DNA of 64,000 nucleotides from Candidatus Heimdallarchaeota archaeon (GTDB taxonomy: Archaea; Asgardarchaeota; Heimdallarchaeia; Hodarchaeales; Hodarchaeaceae): assembly GCA_011364965.1 (NCBI GenBank), contig RDOB01000003.1:400939-464938 (forward strand), given 5' to 3'. Under the pieces are notes generated by a model. That model searched no databases. It saw nothing but the letters and a program-made list of their open reading frames with translations, and was not told the origin of the DNA. The translations under genes were made by a program, and so were the position numbers. Numbering within the stretch: position 1 is the first letter of the stretch; each line of letters opens with the position of its first letter. This document shows positions 9,380 through 19,681 of this stretch, in pieces.

Positions 9380-10762
9380 TTATTGGGTAGCTGTTGTTAT
9401 TCGACAATCCTTTACACGTATAGTAGGAATCCAAGTAGGGGAAGTAACTTCCCACCACTTAACTTGAACCAGATCGTTACACATGGCATCGATGGCAGCA
9501 AATTGTCGTAAAAGGTTATCTGAGATCCTAAAGTTTTTGATGGGAGCACTAAGTTCTCCATTTTTAACCACGAATGCAGCATCCCGCGGGATAGTACTAT
9601 ATTCTGTGGAAATTTGGCTCGTATAACGAGTATACCAATTGCAAAGTATAAAAATACATTTACGAGAGTTTGTCTCTAATATTTCATCAAAAGATTGATC
9701 TCCATTATTAAATACCACATTTGAAGAATAAGGAGCTAAAAATTTGCTACCAATACCAAAATCCACTAATTCGCTATTGCCGGTAGATTCTGCTTGTGAC
9801 ATAATAGCAGAAGAGGTATTATTGATATAATTTTTCAAAACACCATTCGTAAAGATCGGAGTAACTTTACGGGGAGTTCCCTCAAAATCAAAAGGTGCAC
9901 TTCTTAAACCATTAGCTAATAGACCATTATCAGAAACAGACAAAAAATCTGGGCCTAATTGTTCTCCCATTTTATCTCCTAGGGCACTCATCCCCATCAT
10001 TATCATCAAAGGATTAGCCATTGTCGGAATCGTACCAAGGAGATTTGCAGCTACTGCAGGAGCCATTATTACGTCATAAATTCCTGCATGCGCTTGCTTA
10101 GCTCCTTTATGAAGTTTAGAATATCTACCAGCTCTTTCCCCAGCTTTCTGGAGAGCTTCCATGGAATCAGAAACCATTCTACCGCAAGCGAGGCCTTGAC
10201 CTGAAGCATCAAGCTCATCTTGAAATGCCCTGGTAGTCATTTCGTATGAACTATGTGAATATTTTCCTTGGGGACCAGCAGAACTTTTCAAAAGCATATG
10301 ATTTTGACCAAAAAAAAATGAACCAGCAACACGAACAGCTCCAGCATCCAGAGCGCTTTGAATACATGCATTTACATAGTCTGGAGCTTTCTCTTGATAA
10401 CCTGATATTTTGTTATCGTAGAGCTTTTCAATTGTAGAATAGCTATTTAGAGAAGATTCACAACCTAAATAAAAGGGACTTGGAGCAAGCTTTTTTGTAA
10501 AAGCCACTTGATCTAATATTCTTTCTCTTACAGTTTCTTCATTGCTGGGAGAAAATTCACTAGTGGAGACTTGATTGCTGTTAACTACAATAAGCACATC
10601 TAGAGTTTCACTTCGCCATTCCTTATTTATATCAATCTTATTCTGTGAAAAACGAATTTGGTTAATTATTTTATCAGTTCCACGAGCAATTATCAAATCC
10701 ACTCCCATTTTTTGTCCAGTTTCAATGGCTAATTCAACATATGCTTCTACATTGTCTTTCAT
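9380..10762 (-). CDS. pmbA: PmbA/TldE family subunit (pair 1)
   Basis: QIRFSQN, FDFEGTP and NWYTR..PRD motifs, no HExxxH. Downstream of tldD. Confidence 0.88.
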   Translation of the reverse strand: MKDNVEAYVELAIETGQKMGVDLIIARGTDKIINQIRFSQNKIDINKEWRSETLDVLIVVNSNQVSTSEFSPSNEETVRERILDQVAFTKKLAPSPFYLGCESSLNSYSTIEKLYDNKISGYQEKAPDYVNACIQSALDAGAVRVAGSFFFGQNHMLLKSSAGPQGKYSHSSYEMTTRAFQDELDASGQGLACGRMVSDSMEALQKAGERAGRYSKLHKGAKQAHAGIYDVIMAPAVAANLLGTIPTMANPLMIMMGMSALGDKMGEQLGPDFLSVSDNGLLANGLRSAPFDFEGTPRKVTPIFTNGVLKNYINNTSSAIMSQAESTGNSELVDFGIGSKFLAPYSSNVVFNNGDQSFDEILETNSRKCIFILCNWYTRYTSQISTEYSTIPRDAAFVVKNGELSAPIKNFRISDNLLRQFAAIDAMCNDLVQVKWWEVTSPTWIPTIRVKDCRITTATQ

Positions 10763-10772
10763 TCATATCACC

Positions 10773-12185
10773 TCATCCTAACCTAATATCACGCATCCGA
10801 ATACATCCACCTCCCGCATACACTGGTACTCCCTGGCTAGGGTCAGATTTACCACAAATACCTGGAAAATCGAAAACTAGCTCATTCGATACTCCATCAA
10901 TTGAAGAAAAAAGACCAACGGATGTTAATTCCATTACTGGACGACGTATCATTGTATGAGTGACTTCTCCATTGATTATTTCATAACATTCAAATCCTAC
11001 GTACTTACTCTGATATCTTCTATCATCAATATTCCATTCTGTGAAAGAAAGCATATAGATTCCATGTTTAATGTCTTCAATGAGTTCTTCAAGAGTAAAA
11101 TCTCCAGGTTGCATATATGTATTAGCCATGCGAATAATTGGTTCTTTATTATAATTCTCAGATCTTGCTGCGCCATTAGAACCCAAGTTAAACTTTTTAC
11201 CAAACTCACGATTGAGTAGTGGTTCATTAACAACGCCTTCTTTAATCAAAATGCGATTGCGAGCTTTAACTCCTTCATCATCCCATAAATAATAGCCTCC
11301 TGTTCCCGGAATTGTAGGATCTTCACAGATCGTTACATGTTCTGTTCCAATCTTGGATTCACCGAGTTTCAGGTCTCTCCAAAAGGACTCGCCAGCTTGA
11401 GCTCCTTCACGACCCATAATACGATCTCCTTCTGACGGATGTCCAGAATTCTCATGACAGATTATTCCAACAACCTCTGGACTTACAACGAAATCCACTA
11501 CCCCTGTTAAACGTTTATCTGACTGCTTCGATACCTTTTCTAACTGCTTACACTGTTTTTCATATTGATCGAGCCATACTCTAGTTCCTTCCCACCCCGT
11601 GCTACGCGTTAGATCAATGAATCGTTGTTCGGAATCCAAAATTCCTTTTGAGGTTGCTATACAATAGTATTTAAGCATTGACAGTTCCGCATCAATCTTA
11701 GTGCCTTCTGAGGTTACGATGTATTTCGAAGCACTCTGTGCTTCAAATATAGTTGCCCGAGTACTGATATTGTATCCTTCTGCAACTTTATCCATTTCTT
11801 GAAGCAGATTCAGCATTGTATCAGTGTCAATATTTGTTAATTTCTCCTTCACTGGAACCCTCCATTTAGCTACATTCGATATAGGTTCTCCAAAATCAAT
11901 TTTTTCTGCGGGATTCGAAGCTTTTGCCATCTTAATTCCCGATAGGATTGCATTTTCGACTGCTTTTTTACTCAAATTATCAACCGAAACAAAAGCCAAT
12001 CCACCTTCTATTAATATGCGGAATCCGATTCCCTGCCAAGGTAACTCGGATCCTGACATTGGTGTACCATTTTGAAGGAAAAAAATTGTTCTATGGCCGT
12101 CAATCAACCTTGCTTCTGCATATGTTGCATCATTCTCTTGCGATACTCTTATTCCATATTCTGCTAAGTCTTTCCCATAGGTCAT
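10773..12185 (-). CDS. tldD: TldD family metalloprotease (pair 1)
   Basis: HENSGHPSEGDR, DDEGV, PIIRMANT and C-terminal CGK. Confidence 0.92.
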   Translation of the reverse strand: MTYGKDLAEYGIRVSQENDATYAEARLIDGHRTIFFLQNGTPMSGSELPWQGIGFRILIEGGLAFVSVDNLSKKAVENAILSGIKMAKASNPAEKIDFGEPISNVAKWRVPVKEKLTNIDTDTMLNLLQEMDKVAEGYNISTRATIFEAQSASKYIVTSEGTKIDAELSMLKYYCIATSKGILDSEQRFIDLTRSTGWEGTRVWLDQYEKQCKQLEKVSKQSDKRLTGVVDFVVSPEVVGIICHENSGHPSEGDRIMGREGAQAGESFWRDLKLGESKIGTEHVTICEDPTIPGTGGYYLWDDEGVKARNRILIKEGVVNEPLLNREFGKKFNLGSNGAARSENYNKEPIIRMANTYMQPGDFTLEELIEDIKHGIYMLSFTEWNIDDRRYQSKYVGFECYEIINGEVTHTMIRRPVMELTSVGLFSSIDGVSNELVFDFPGICGKSDPSQGVPVYAGGGCIRMRDIRLG

Positions 12186-12522
12186 ATATCTTCATCTCGG
12201 AATGGTTTTATTGCACTCATCTTTTTTGTCAGCAGTAATGTAAAACATGTATTGCCCAGACTTAATTTAATCTTTGTTGTTTTTTAAAAAATAGGTATCT
12301 ATTTTATATCTAATTTCAATTTTATTAATCTAAGGGGTTAATTTTTCTTCATATGACCAGTTTTCTTAAAGAGTCTGTATTGAATATTTATGTCGGATGT
12401 TTTTCCTGAATAATAACAAATCTGAGTAAATTATCAATTGAGAATTTATAGAATAGCTTTATATCAATAGAAATTATTACCAGAGCGGCCAACTAGGAAT
12501 TCTTCGGGATTGAGGTCAATAG

Positions 12523-14163
12523 ATGAATTCATGGAAATGGACTGAATTTAACAATCAGTTTATATTTTTCCAGCCCATCATTCCTGTAGACACGTTCAAT
12601 TGTATATCAGACCTTCCTGAACAGCACAGAGTTTCAATACTTGATGAATACGTAAACCTTTGTCAATTTAACAGTATTTATAAAACTAATTTGTCATCAA
12701 GATTGTTTACTCTCTCTAATCAGAATTCTAAATCTCATTTAGATTATCAGCCATTTGGGTTCTATAATAGATACGATAGAAATGTTAGAACTCTACAAAA
12801 CTCACAAAACAGATATCCCCAACAAACTAAATCTTCTAATAATCAAAGTGAATCTCTTGAGAGTACAGTTCTTAAATCCTTTTTTCAAGAAACGTTTGAT
12901 GTAGATATAATGACGAAATCCTCCATCGAATCTGATTCCTCAACCCAAGTATATATCAAATTATTTCCATTAGATATTCTCGAAAATCTTGAAGATAAAG
13001 ATACATGTGCCTTTCTTTTATCCTTTTCAGATCTTCAAATTGAAAGTTTTGACTTAATCTTTACTTATTTCCAAAAAAACTTCGGAATTCAGTTTATCCT
13101 CAAACCTCCTCATAGTATAACCTTTGTGGAATCTCCAGAAAATCGAATACTATTAATAGGAAAAAGAAAGTATGAAGGTTCAGCTAAAATAATTACTCTA
13201 AAGAAGACATTTATTATTAGTGATTCACCTAAAATTGCTGATTTATTTGAATCCCTGGACATAGATCAGATATCAAAGGATTGTTCGATAATAACTGTCT
13301 CTCAATCAGAGATAACATTTCCAACATGGGGAGTGTTCTTCTATTCCCAAGAACTTCTTAGTTTTTGGTTCAAAATACAGAAAAACTCTAATCCCCTCTC
13401 CAATGAAACCAATATCTTTGATGGTAAGTTTGCAGCTCCAACTAATCCATGCGGCCTTCCATACAAAGATTGGACATTAGAAAGCGAGACTAGTGAATAT
13501 ATAGAAATCAGACATAGGCGAAAACCGTCAATCAAAATTAAACTACCCGCAGAAAAAATATTCAAATCAATGAATTCTTATCAAGCATTGCAGGAGTATC
13601 CATCGATTATTCCTCCAGGCAATAAAAAATTCTTTAAAAACTGGAATGAATTAAATAATCCAGCTATTATTGAAGAAGGATTCGCTCATACAATAATTGT
13701 ACCTATGGTTGATTTACGCAAAACAAAATCATTAACCTTTTTTACTGAACAACCTCTTCATGTGGGCTTTGGATTTAAAGGAATAAAAGCGTCGAGAACC
13801 AAAAGTTTTTGGATATTTTCTTTCCTGTCCTCTACTTTTGGCCTTTTTTCAATTCTATATACTGCAAAATGGATTACACAATTGCTTTTTGAACTTCCAG
13901 TCCAGAATTTGGAATTTATACGCATACCTAACATGAAAAGGGCAACAAAAAAACAAAAAAATTTAATTAGAGACATTGTGGAAAAAATTGGAGCTATTCC
14001 AGTCTTTAAACGGAATTCATTATTGGAAGAAATCGATAAAGCTCAAAAAGATGATAAAAATCTGCTTTTTCAACTCGATTGTGTGTTTGCAGACATCTTT
14101 GGATTTCCAAGGAATGAAATTAGAGTAATTTATGAATTATTTAAAAAAGAGTACATAAAATAA
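12523..14163 (+). CDS. Hypothetical protein resembling a degenerate Type IIG/N6 methylase with TRD-like C-terminus
   Basis: AFLLS..IFTYFQKNFGIQFI..F..RILLIGKRK resembles post-motif-IV MTase strands. The end LDCVFADIFGFPRNEIRVIYE resembles Eco57I-type tails. No NPPY or GxG motif found. Confidence 0.4.
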   Translation: MNSWKWTEFNNQFIFFQPIIPVDTFNCISDLPEQHRVSILDEYVNLCQFNSIYKTNLSSRLFTLSNQNSKSHLDYQPFGFYNRYDRNVRTLQNSQNRYPQQTKSSNNQSESLESTVLKSFFQETFDVDIMTKSSIESDSSTQVYIKLFPLDILENLEDKDTCAFLLSFSDLQIESFDLIFTYFQKNFGIQFILKPPHSITFVESPENRILLIGKRKYEGSAKIITLKKTFIISDSPKIADLFESLDIDQISKDCSIITVSQSEITFPTWGVFFYSQELLSFWFKIQKNSNPLSNETNIFDGKFAAPTNPCGLPYKDWTLESETSEYIEIRHRRKPSIKIKLPAEKIFKSMNSYQALQEYPSIIPPGNKKFFKNWNELNNPAIIEEGFAHTIIVPMVDLRKTKSLTFFTEQPLHVGFGFKGIKASRTKSFWIFSFLSSTFGLFSILYTAKWITQLLFELPVQNLEFIRIPNMKRATKKQKNLIRDIVEKIGAIPVFKRNSLLEEIDKAQKDDKNLLFQLDCVFADIFGFPRNEIRVIYELFKKEYIK

Positions 14164-14215
14164 TCAATTCTCTCTAATTCAGATATTATATCCGTTAATT
14201 TCAAGAAAATGGTTT

Positions 14216-14644
14216 TTAGAAGTAGAAAAATAGCATTTTTTCTAATAATGAGTTATGACCAATCCCAAGCGACGCCAACGTTTGAAAATCAACGAATGTG
14301 ATTATGTAGTTGACAACAGCTTTCATAGAGAGGTCTCTAGGTAAATCTAGCATATTGCGAACTGTAACTAATTCGATATATAGCTCATTTAGTTGGCTAT
14401 AATTGCTTGTTTTCAAATCAAAAATTTCTCTGATGTCTTCTAAGGTTTGGTAGAGTCCAATTAAACTCTTTATATCTACGTGGCGGGGTAAATTGAGTTC
14501 TAATTTCAAATGTTGCAACAATCGTAACGTTGCAATGAGTTCATTCTCAGAAACATCTTTAGATACGGTCTCTAAATACCTACGTATCGTGTTCAATTGA
14601 TGTTCTTCAATTTGTCCCGATATCAATTTTTTCATTTCCTTCAT
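14216..14644 (-). CDS. Hypothetical helical protein with three ~25-aa internal repeats
   Basis: ATG 14644 lies 4 nt after the upstream stop. Repeats LRLLQHLKLELNLPR / LYQTLEDIREIFDLKT / LYIELVTVRNMLDLPR. Confidence 0.6.
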   Translation of the reverse strand: MKEMKKLISGQIEEHQLNTIRRYLETVSKDVSENELIATLRLLQHLKLELNLPRHVDIKSLIGLYQTLEDIREIFDLKTSNYSQLNELYIELVTVRNMLDLPRDLSMKAVVNYIITFVDFQTLASLGIGHNSLLEKMLFFYF

Positions 14645-14648
14645 ACTA

Positions 14649-15020
14649 CTATTTTTCTTTCTGCAGATCCGATATTTCTTTTTCAATATCCTCTATTATC
14701 TGTTCGTAAGGTTGGAGTAAACGAAGATCAATATTTCCCACCTCATCAGCATAATCTTTATTATACCGTGTTGCCTCTTCAATTAACTTAGGCAAGTCTC
14801 GTGGCACAAATAGAATTTCTTCTCTAATCAAACGATATATTTCTTGCAATACACGTTTCTTTTCTTCCACAGTTCTAATTCCGAGAGCATTCATTACATA
14901 ACGAAGATTCTGTGTTGGAGTATCTTTAAATGAAAGTAAGAGCAAGGCCCGATCAGCCAGTTGTTCTGCTCTTTCTTCACTTTTTGTTAATGACTTTGGT
15001 TGCTTTTTGAAACGGGACAC
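14649..15020 (-). CDS. Hypothetical protein, possible winged helix + coiled coil
   Basis: Probable GTG start after AAGGA. LRYVMNALGI...VLQEIYRLIREEILFV is wHTH-like, with an acidic heptad C-terminus. Confidence 0.55.
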   Translation of the reverse strand: MSRFKKQPKSLTKSEERAEQLADRALLLLSFKDTPTQNLRYVMNALGIRTVEEKKRVLQEIYRLIREEILFVPRDLPKLIEEATRYNKDYADEVGNIDLRLLQPYEQIIEDIEKEISDLQKEK

Positions 15021-15097
15021 TATGAATTCCTTCTTTTGGGGAGAGGGCTTTAGATGCAATTCACCAGTTTTCACTGTATAATATTGTAAGTACACGA

Positions 15098-15382
15098 CTA
15101 TAGTCCTCCACAAAGTACATAACGATTAGGATCATTTGCGTCGGGTAGAAGATTCAATTTTTCATTGCTGAAGTATTCGAGTAGGTCAAGGAAATAAATT
15201 AAAAGCTCTTTAAGCTCTAATTCCGAATAATTCTCAAGATCTTTCATTTTAATTAAACCAAGCTTATTTATAACCTCCATATTATCAAATAAGTTGGAGG
15301 AAATATACACCAGTTGATATAAGCGGTCTAAAGCCTTCTTACTAGTGAATTGTTCCGTTAATTGCATCTTTGCTACTTCCAA
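15098..15382 (-). CDS. Hypothetical protein
   Basis: 94-aa ORF with typical composition, first of three co-oriented genes. Confidence 0.55.
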   Translation of the reverse strand: MEVAKMQLTEQFTSKKALDRLYQLVYISSNLFDNMEVINKLGLIKMKDLENYSELELKELLIYFLDLLEYFSNEKLNLLPDANDPNRYVLCGGL

Positions 15383-15583
15383 GTCTTACAGGTAGAATTA
15401 CTCACAAACTTAGATATACTAGAAAGATTTCCAAAAAGGACATTTTTTCGAAAATGATGTCATTTCAGAATGAGTGGTTTGAAATATTACACCCATTTGA
15501 TGAAGATCTAGTTCTCTAATTTGACTTGGGAGATCCTAATTGTTATAATAAGGGATAAAAGTAAGAAAAAAGCGTAAGAGAAT

Positions 15584-15922
15584 TTACACCAGCATAATCG
15601 AGAATTCTCTTTTAATCCACTCTTCTAGGGGAGGATGTCCAGACATACGACCGTCAAGATGCAGATTTTGACGTTTAGCGGAGTCAAGGGCATTCATTGC
15701 TTTAGCACACACTTCACAAACTGCAAAAATAAGATTTTTTGCTTTCAGCTGTTCCCATTTTTCATAATTTTTGTTTTCATATTCTACGATTAGTTTAGTG
15801 GCCTCGCTTTCAAGTATAATTCCTACTTCATATCCCTTTTCAACCAGATCAAAAACATTGAGTAAAATATGAGTAAACACTCCTTTATTATAATTAAATA
15901 CCACGAAAAGTTGTTTCCTCAT
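15584..15922 (-). CDS. DsrE/DsrF-like protein
   Basis: AVCEVCAKAM and GHP motifs. AGGTGA RBS precedes ATG 15922, just after pmbA. Confidence 0.75.
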   Translation of the reverse strand: MRKQLFVVFNYNKGVFTHILLNVFDLVEKGYEVGIILESEATKLIVEYENKNYEKWEQLKAKNLIFAVCEVCAKAMNALDSAKRQNLHLDGRMSGHPPLEEWIKREFSIMLV

Positions 15923-15935
15923 CAGATCACCTTTT

Positions 15936-17303
15936 TTATTTCGTTCCTGTTGTGAAATTAACTCCTTCAATTAACATTGCAGGAGCAAAGGTCGGGATAG
16001 TCACCTCAAGCCACCATTTAATTTGCCTTGTTTTATTTTGAATTGCGGAGATGTTTTTTACTAGATTTGGAAAAGTATCGGTTATTCTTAATTCTCTAAT
16101 CGGCCTTTGAATCTCCCCATTTTCTATTAGAAACATCCCATCTCGTGGAATTGTGCTGAATATTCCTTCAGCTGCATTTGTTGTACGAGTGTACCAATTG
16201 CTGGTTACCAAAATTGTTGGTTTTTTGGATTCACGAATAAGTTCCTCAAAAGTAAATATTCCAGGTTCAATAAGGATATTGGTATTTGAGGGAATTATCA
16301 AACCAGCATTAGATGTAGTTGTGGTTCCAAGCTTTTTAGCAGTGGATGTATTATGTATTAAACCTTTTAATACTCCATTTTCAAATAAAGTCGTTTGTTG
16401 ACTGGGAACACCTTCAATATCAGCAAAGCGAGAGCGAATACCATTTGGTACAGTCGCGTCGTCATAAGCAGTAAATTTCTCAGATGCAACTTTATCTCCA
16501 ATTTTATCCTTAAGCCAAGATCTTCCTATATCGATACTAAAAGGATTAGCACCTCTGATAGTTGCTCCAACGATATCAGCCACAACTGTAGGAGATAAGA
16601 GAGCATCGTATTTGCCAGGTTCCCCTTTTCTCCCTCCTTTTGACTGAAAAGCTATTTCTCCTGCTGTTTGACCTGCTTGTTGAGTATTTAATGAGTTCAA
16701 CATCCTACCAACGCTTAATCCCTGTCCTGATTCAGTTGGTTCTAAAAAGGATCTGATTAGAAACTCAAAACTCGAATTTAAAGTTTTAAATTCAACATCG
16801 TTGTTAGTTTTAATCTTTGATCTGCTATAACCCCAAACCAAAATTCCTGCACTATGTTTCGCACCATGATCGATAGCTGCATTAAGCCCCTCCTCAACCT
16901 GATCAACAGCTTTCTCGTGAAAATTCACAATATCAGGATCATATAATCCACTAAGTTTCTTATATTGAAAGGGACCTTTTGCTATACCTCCATAATCGTC
17001 TTTTGGAGGAATTGCTTTACCAAAGGTAATTAATTCATCTAAAGATTTGTAAACAGCTTCCATACTTGATATGTCAGAGATATCTGTAGTAGCAATCTTC
17101 TTATCTTTGACGTAAAAAAATCCTGCTTGAACATTAGCCCATCGTTTACTAACTATAATATCATTCTTACTAAACCGCAATTGAAATCGGATTTCATCTG
17201 AACCATAGACAATTATATCATCAGGGTTGGTTTTCTCAAGGTATTGCATACTTTTATCTATAATTTCATCAAGAGTAAGAGTATTTGTCTGTTCCGAGTC
17301 CAT
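15936..17303 (-). CDS. pmbA: PmbA/TldE family subunit (pair 2)
   Basis: QLRFSKN, DIEGVP and NWYTR..STIPRDG, no HExxxH. Confidence 0.88.
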   Translation of the reverse strand: MDSEQTNTLTLDEIIDKSMQYLEKTNPDDIIVYGSDEIRFQLRFSKNDIIVSKRWANVQAGFFYVKDKKIATTDISDISSMEAVYKSLDELITFGKAIPPKDDYGGIAKGPFQYKKLSGLYDPDIVNFHEKAVDQVEEGLNAAIDHGAKHSAGILVWGYSRSKIKTNNDVEFKTLNSSFEFLIRSFLEPTESGQGLSVGRMLNSLNTQQAGQTAGEIAFQSKGGRKGEPGKYDALLSPTVVADIVGATIRGANPFSIDIGRSWLKDKIGDKVASEKFTAYDDATVPNGIRSRFADIEGVPSQQTTLFENGVLKGLIHNTSTAKKLGTTTTSNAGLIIPSNTNILIEPGIFTFEELIRESKKPTILVTSNWYTRTTNAAEGIFSTIPRDGMFLIENGEIQRPIRELRITDTFPNLVKNISAIQNKTRQIKWWLEVTIPTFAPAMLIEGVNFTTGTK

Positions 17304-18734
17304 CTATCTCACCACTATGCTCCTTATTCGAGTTCCTTCGGGACCGCCATGCCAAACTGGAGCCCCTTGCATTGGATCCCCTTTTCCGCACATAGCAGCG
17401 TCGAATTCTAAAATTTTTGTCGCTCCATCAATAGCACTGAATAATCCTGGAGTTGTTGTTTCTAATACGGGTCTTCTTATTAAGGTCGATGATAATTCTC
17501 CATCCTTGATTAAATATGCCTCTCGGCCGACATATCGACTTTGGAATCTCCGATCATCTATGTTCCATTCTGAGAAGTTCTTCATATATATTCCTAGTTT
17601 TATGTCTTCAAAGATTTCATCAAATCCGAAATCACCATTTGAGATATATGTATTCGCCATCCTCGGAATAGGTTCCCTGTTATATGCTGAATTTCGTGCA
17701 GCTCCAGTTGAAGATGTACCTAAAAATCCTGCTGATTCTCGATTATGAAGCATTTCGGTAAATATACCCTTTTTTATTAGGTATCTAGGCCTCGCTTTTA
17801 CTCCCTCAGAATCGAACTTGTAGAATCCGTAAGAACCAGAGATAGTAGGGTCATCAATAATCGTTACATATTCTGAACCTATTTGTTCACCGAGTTTGTC
17901 AACATTTAAGTAAGATTCTCCCGCTTGAGCTGCTTCTCGTCCCAAGATGCGATCAGCCTCAGAGGGGTGACCACAATTCTCGTGGGCAATTAATCCGCAC
18001 ACATTCGGTCCAACGACAAAATCTAGTTCTCCTTTAGGACATTCTTGGGCTTTAGCGGCCACTTTAGAAAGAATTTCTGCTTCTGTTGAAAGAAAATTTG
18101 TTAAATCCCATTTATCAATCCATTCATATCCACCAGTTGCCCCTTTTGAATAGCTTGCCTGTTCCATGGCTCCTCGATTTGGATCAACAGCTGTTAATAT
18201 TCCAAAAAAGTTTAAACTTGGGATTTCTGACTCTATCTTCGACCCATCCGAAGTAATTAAGTATATTGCTCTAATGGTATCCATTAGCATAACAATTCGG
18301 AAGGGAATTGGTAAATTACTAATACTTTTATCAATAGTGAAGAGTAAGTCCATTTTTTCCTCAGGGGAGGTATCTGCAGGAGACTTAAGAGCACCAACTT
18401 TATATTTCCCTTCTGATGCCTTCTCCTCAGAGAAGATAATTGGTTGCTTCCTTAAGCGAGCACTTGCTCTTGTAAGTTTTAATACCTGTTTTACGGCATT
18501 CTCTACATAATCCTGTGTATAGACATTAAATGATGTAAATCCCATTGCTCCCTCAACTAGTACACGGACTCCAATCCCACTGGTTCGGTCAAAAGCACCA
18601 AGTTCAGGTGTTCCATTTTTTAATATGAATTGATTATTCATGTACTGCTCATATCTAGCCTCAATATAATCTACACCTTGGCTTAATGCTAGCTCTATAA
18701 CCTTATCGCAGGTATCCTTTCCATTTAATACCAT
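17304..18734 (-). CDS. tldD: TldD family metalloprotease (pair 2)
   Basis: HENCGHPSEADR, DSEGV, PIPRMANT and CGKGDP. Stop abuts the pmbA start. Confidence 0.92.
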   Translation of the reverse strand: MVLNGKDTCDKVIELALSQGVDYIEARYEQYMNNQFILKNGTPELGAFDRTSGIGVRVLVEGAMGFTSFNVYTQDYVENAVKQVLKLTRASARLRKQPIIFSEEKASEGKYKVGALKSPADTSPEEKMDLLFTIDKSISNLPIPFRIVMLMDTIRAIYLITSDGSKIESEIPSLNFFGILTAVDPNRGAMEQASYSKGATGGYEWIDKWDLTNFLSTEAEILSKVAAKAQECPKGELDFVVGPNVCGLIAHENCGHPSEADRILGREAAQAGESYLNVDKLGEQIGSEYVTIIDDPTISGSYGFYKFDSEGVKARPRYLIKKGIFTEMLHNRESAGFLGTSSTGAARNSAYNREPIPRMANTYISNGDFGFDEIFEDIKLGIYMKNFSEWNIDDRRFQSRYVGREAYLIKDGELSSTLIRRPVLETTTPGLFSAIDGATKILEFDAAMCGKGDPMQGAPVWHGGPEGTRIRSIVVR

Positions 18735-18940
18735 AATTTACAAATCCCTATTAATTCTGTTCTTTAAAATAAAAATCTGCATTTGAATAAATAAATCTAA
18801 TGCTATTTTAGAAGACTTTTTATGTTAAAACCTCGATGTTAACAAGCTAATCCCTTCCTATGATCAATACTAGTTCATTGATTTTAATATATAAAAATAC
18901 TCTCGAAAAACACAGTCTAAAATAGGGAAGTGATAATGAA

Positions 18941-19681
18941 TTGGATAAGGAAATTATTGCAAGTTTTTATGTTGACTATAGTGCATCCGAGGCATGTAAT
19001 TATAGCGAACTCGCAGCTCTAATAGACGAAGTTGGACCTAGTGATATCCCTTTTTCAATCTATTTTGAAGTCTCAGAAATAATATCTAATTTTGACTATC
19101 GTGAATATGATGCGGAGGCCTTCAGGAAATATTTTCTCTCGCGACATCTTATCGTGCCACCTTCATATGATGAACAACTACATATGCATCAGAGAGATTA
19201 TCCTATTGTTAAGATTATTCGATGGATAAGATATCCTTGTGACTTCTCTTTTAATGAAATTCACAAATTTTTCTTAAAAGCCCTTAGATCTGAGTTTTTT
19301 TCAAACCCTTCTATAGTTGGAGTTAATCCGAGAGACTATCTAAATGAGAAAGGAAAGCGTCCAAATATCTGGAAATATCCATCTCTTGTAGGCAAATCAT
19401 TTTATATTACAGGAGAGATTGAGCTTGTTGATCCTGCATCTAACAAACCCTATACCCCAGAGGCATTCGAGACTTTGATTTGCAAGAAGGGAGGAAAAGT
19501 AGTGAAACAGATCAATCCGGACTTGGATTATATAATTGTTGGTGGATCACACTCACCTAGCTACACTGGAAAATATAAAGGCCAGAGATGGTTCAGGACG
19601 GAAAGTCCACGGTCTATCCCTATCATTTCTGATATAACCTTATTTAATTTTATTACAAACGAATATACCTGTACCCTGTAA
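18941..19681 (+). CDS. BRCT-domain protein
   Basis: LVGKSFYITGE...FETLICKKGGKVVKQINPDLDYIIVG matches the ligase/RFC-type BRCT. Confidence 0.75.
   Translation: MDKEIIASFYVDYSASEACNYSELAALIDEVGPSDIPFSIYFEVSEIISNFDYREYDAEAFRKYFLSRHLIVPPSYDEQLHMHQRDYPIVKIIRWIRYPCDFSFNEIHKFFLKALRSEFFSNPSIVGVNPRDYLNEKGKRPNIWKYPSLVGKSFYITGEIELVDPASNKPYTPEAFETLICKKGGKVVKQINPDLDYIIVGGSHSPSYTGKYKGQRWFRTESPRSIPIISDITLFNFITNEYTCTL

Noticed and set aside
14216-15382. Overlapping ORFs as one frameshifted gene
   Set aside because: With downstream starts (GTG 15020, ATG 14644) the overlaps vanish and normal gene spacing results.
12186-15583. Integrated mobile element between the TldD-PmbA pairs
   Set aside because: No integrase or transposase, terminal repeats or target duplication were detected.
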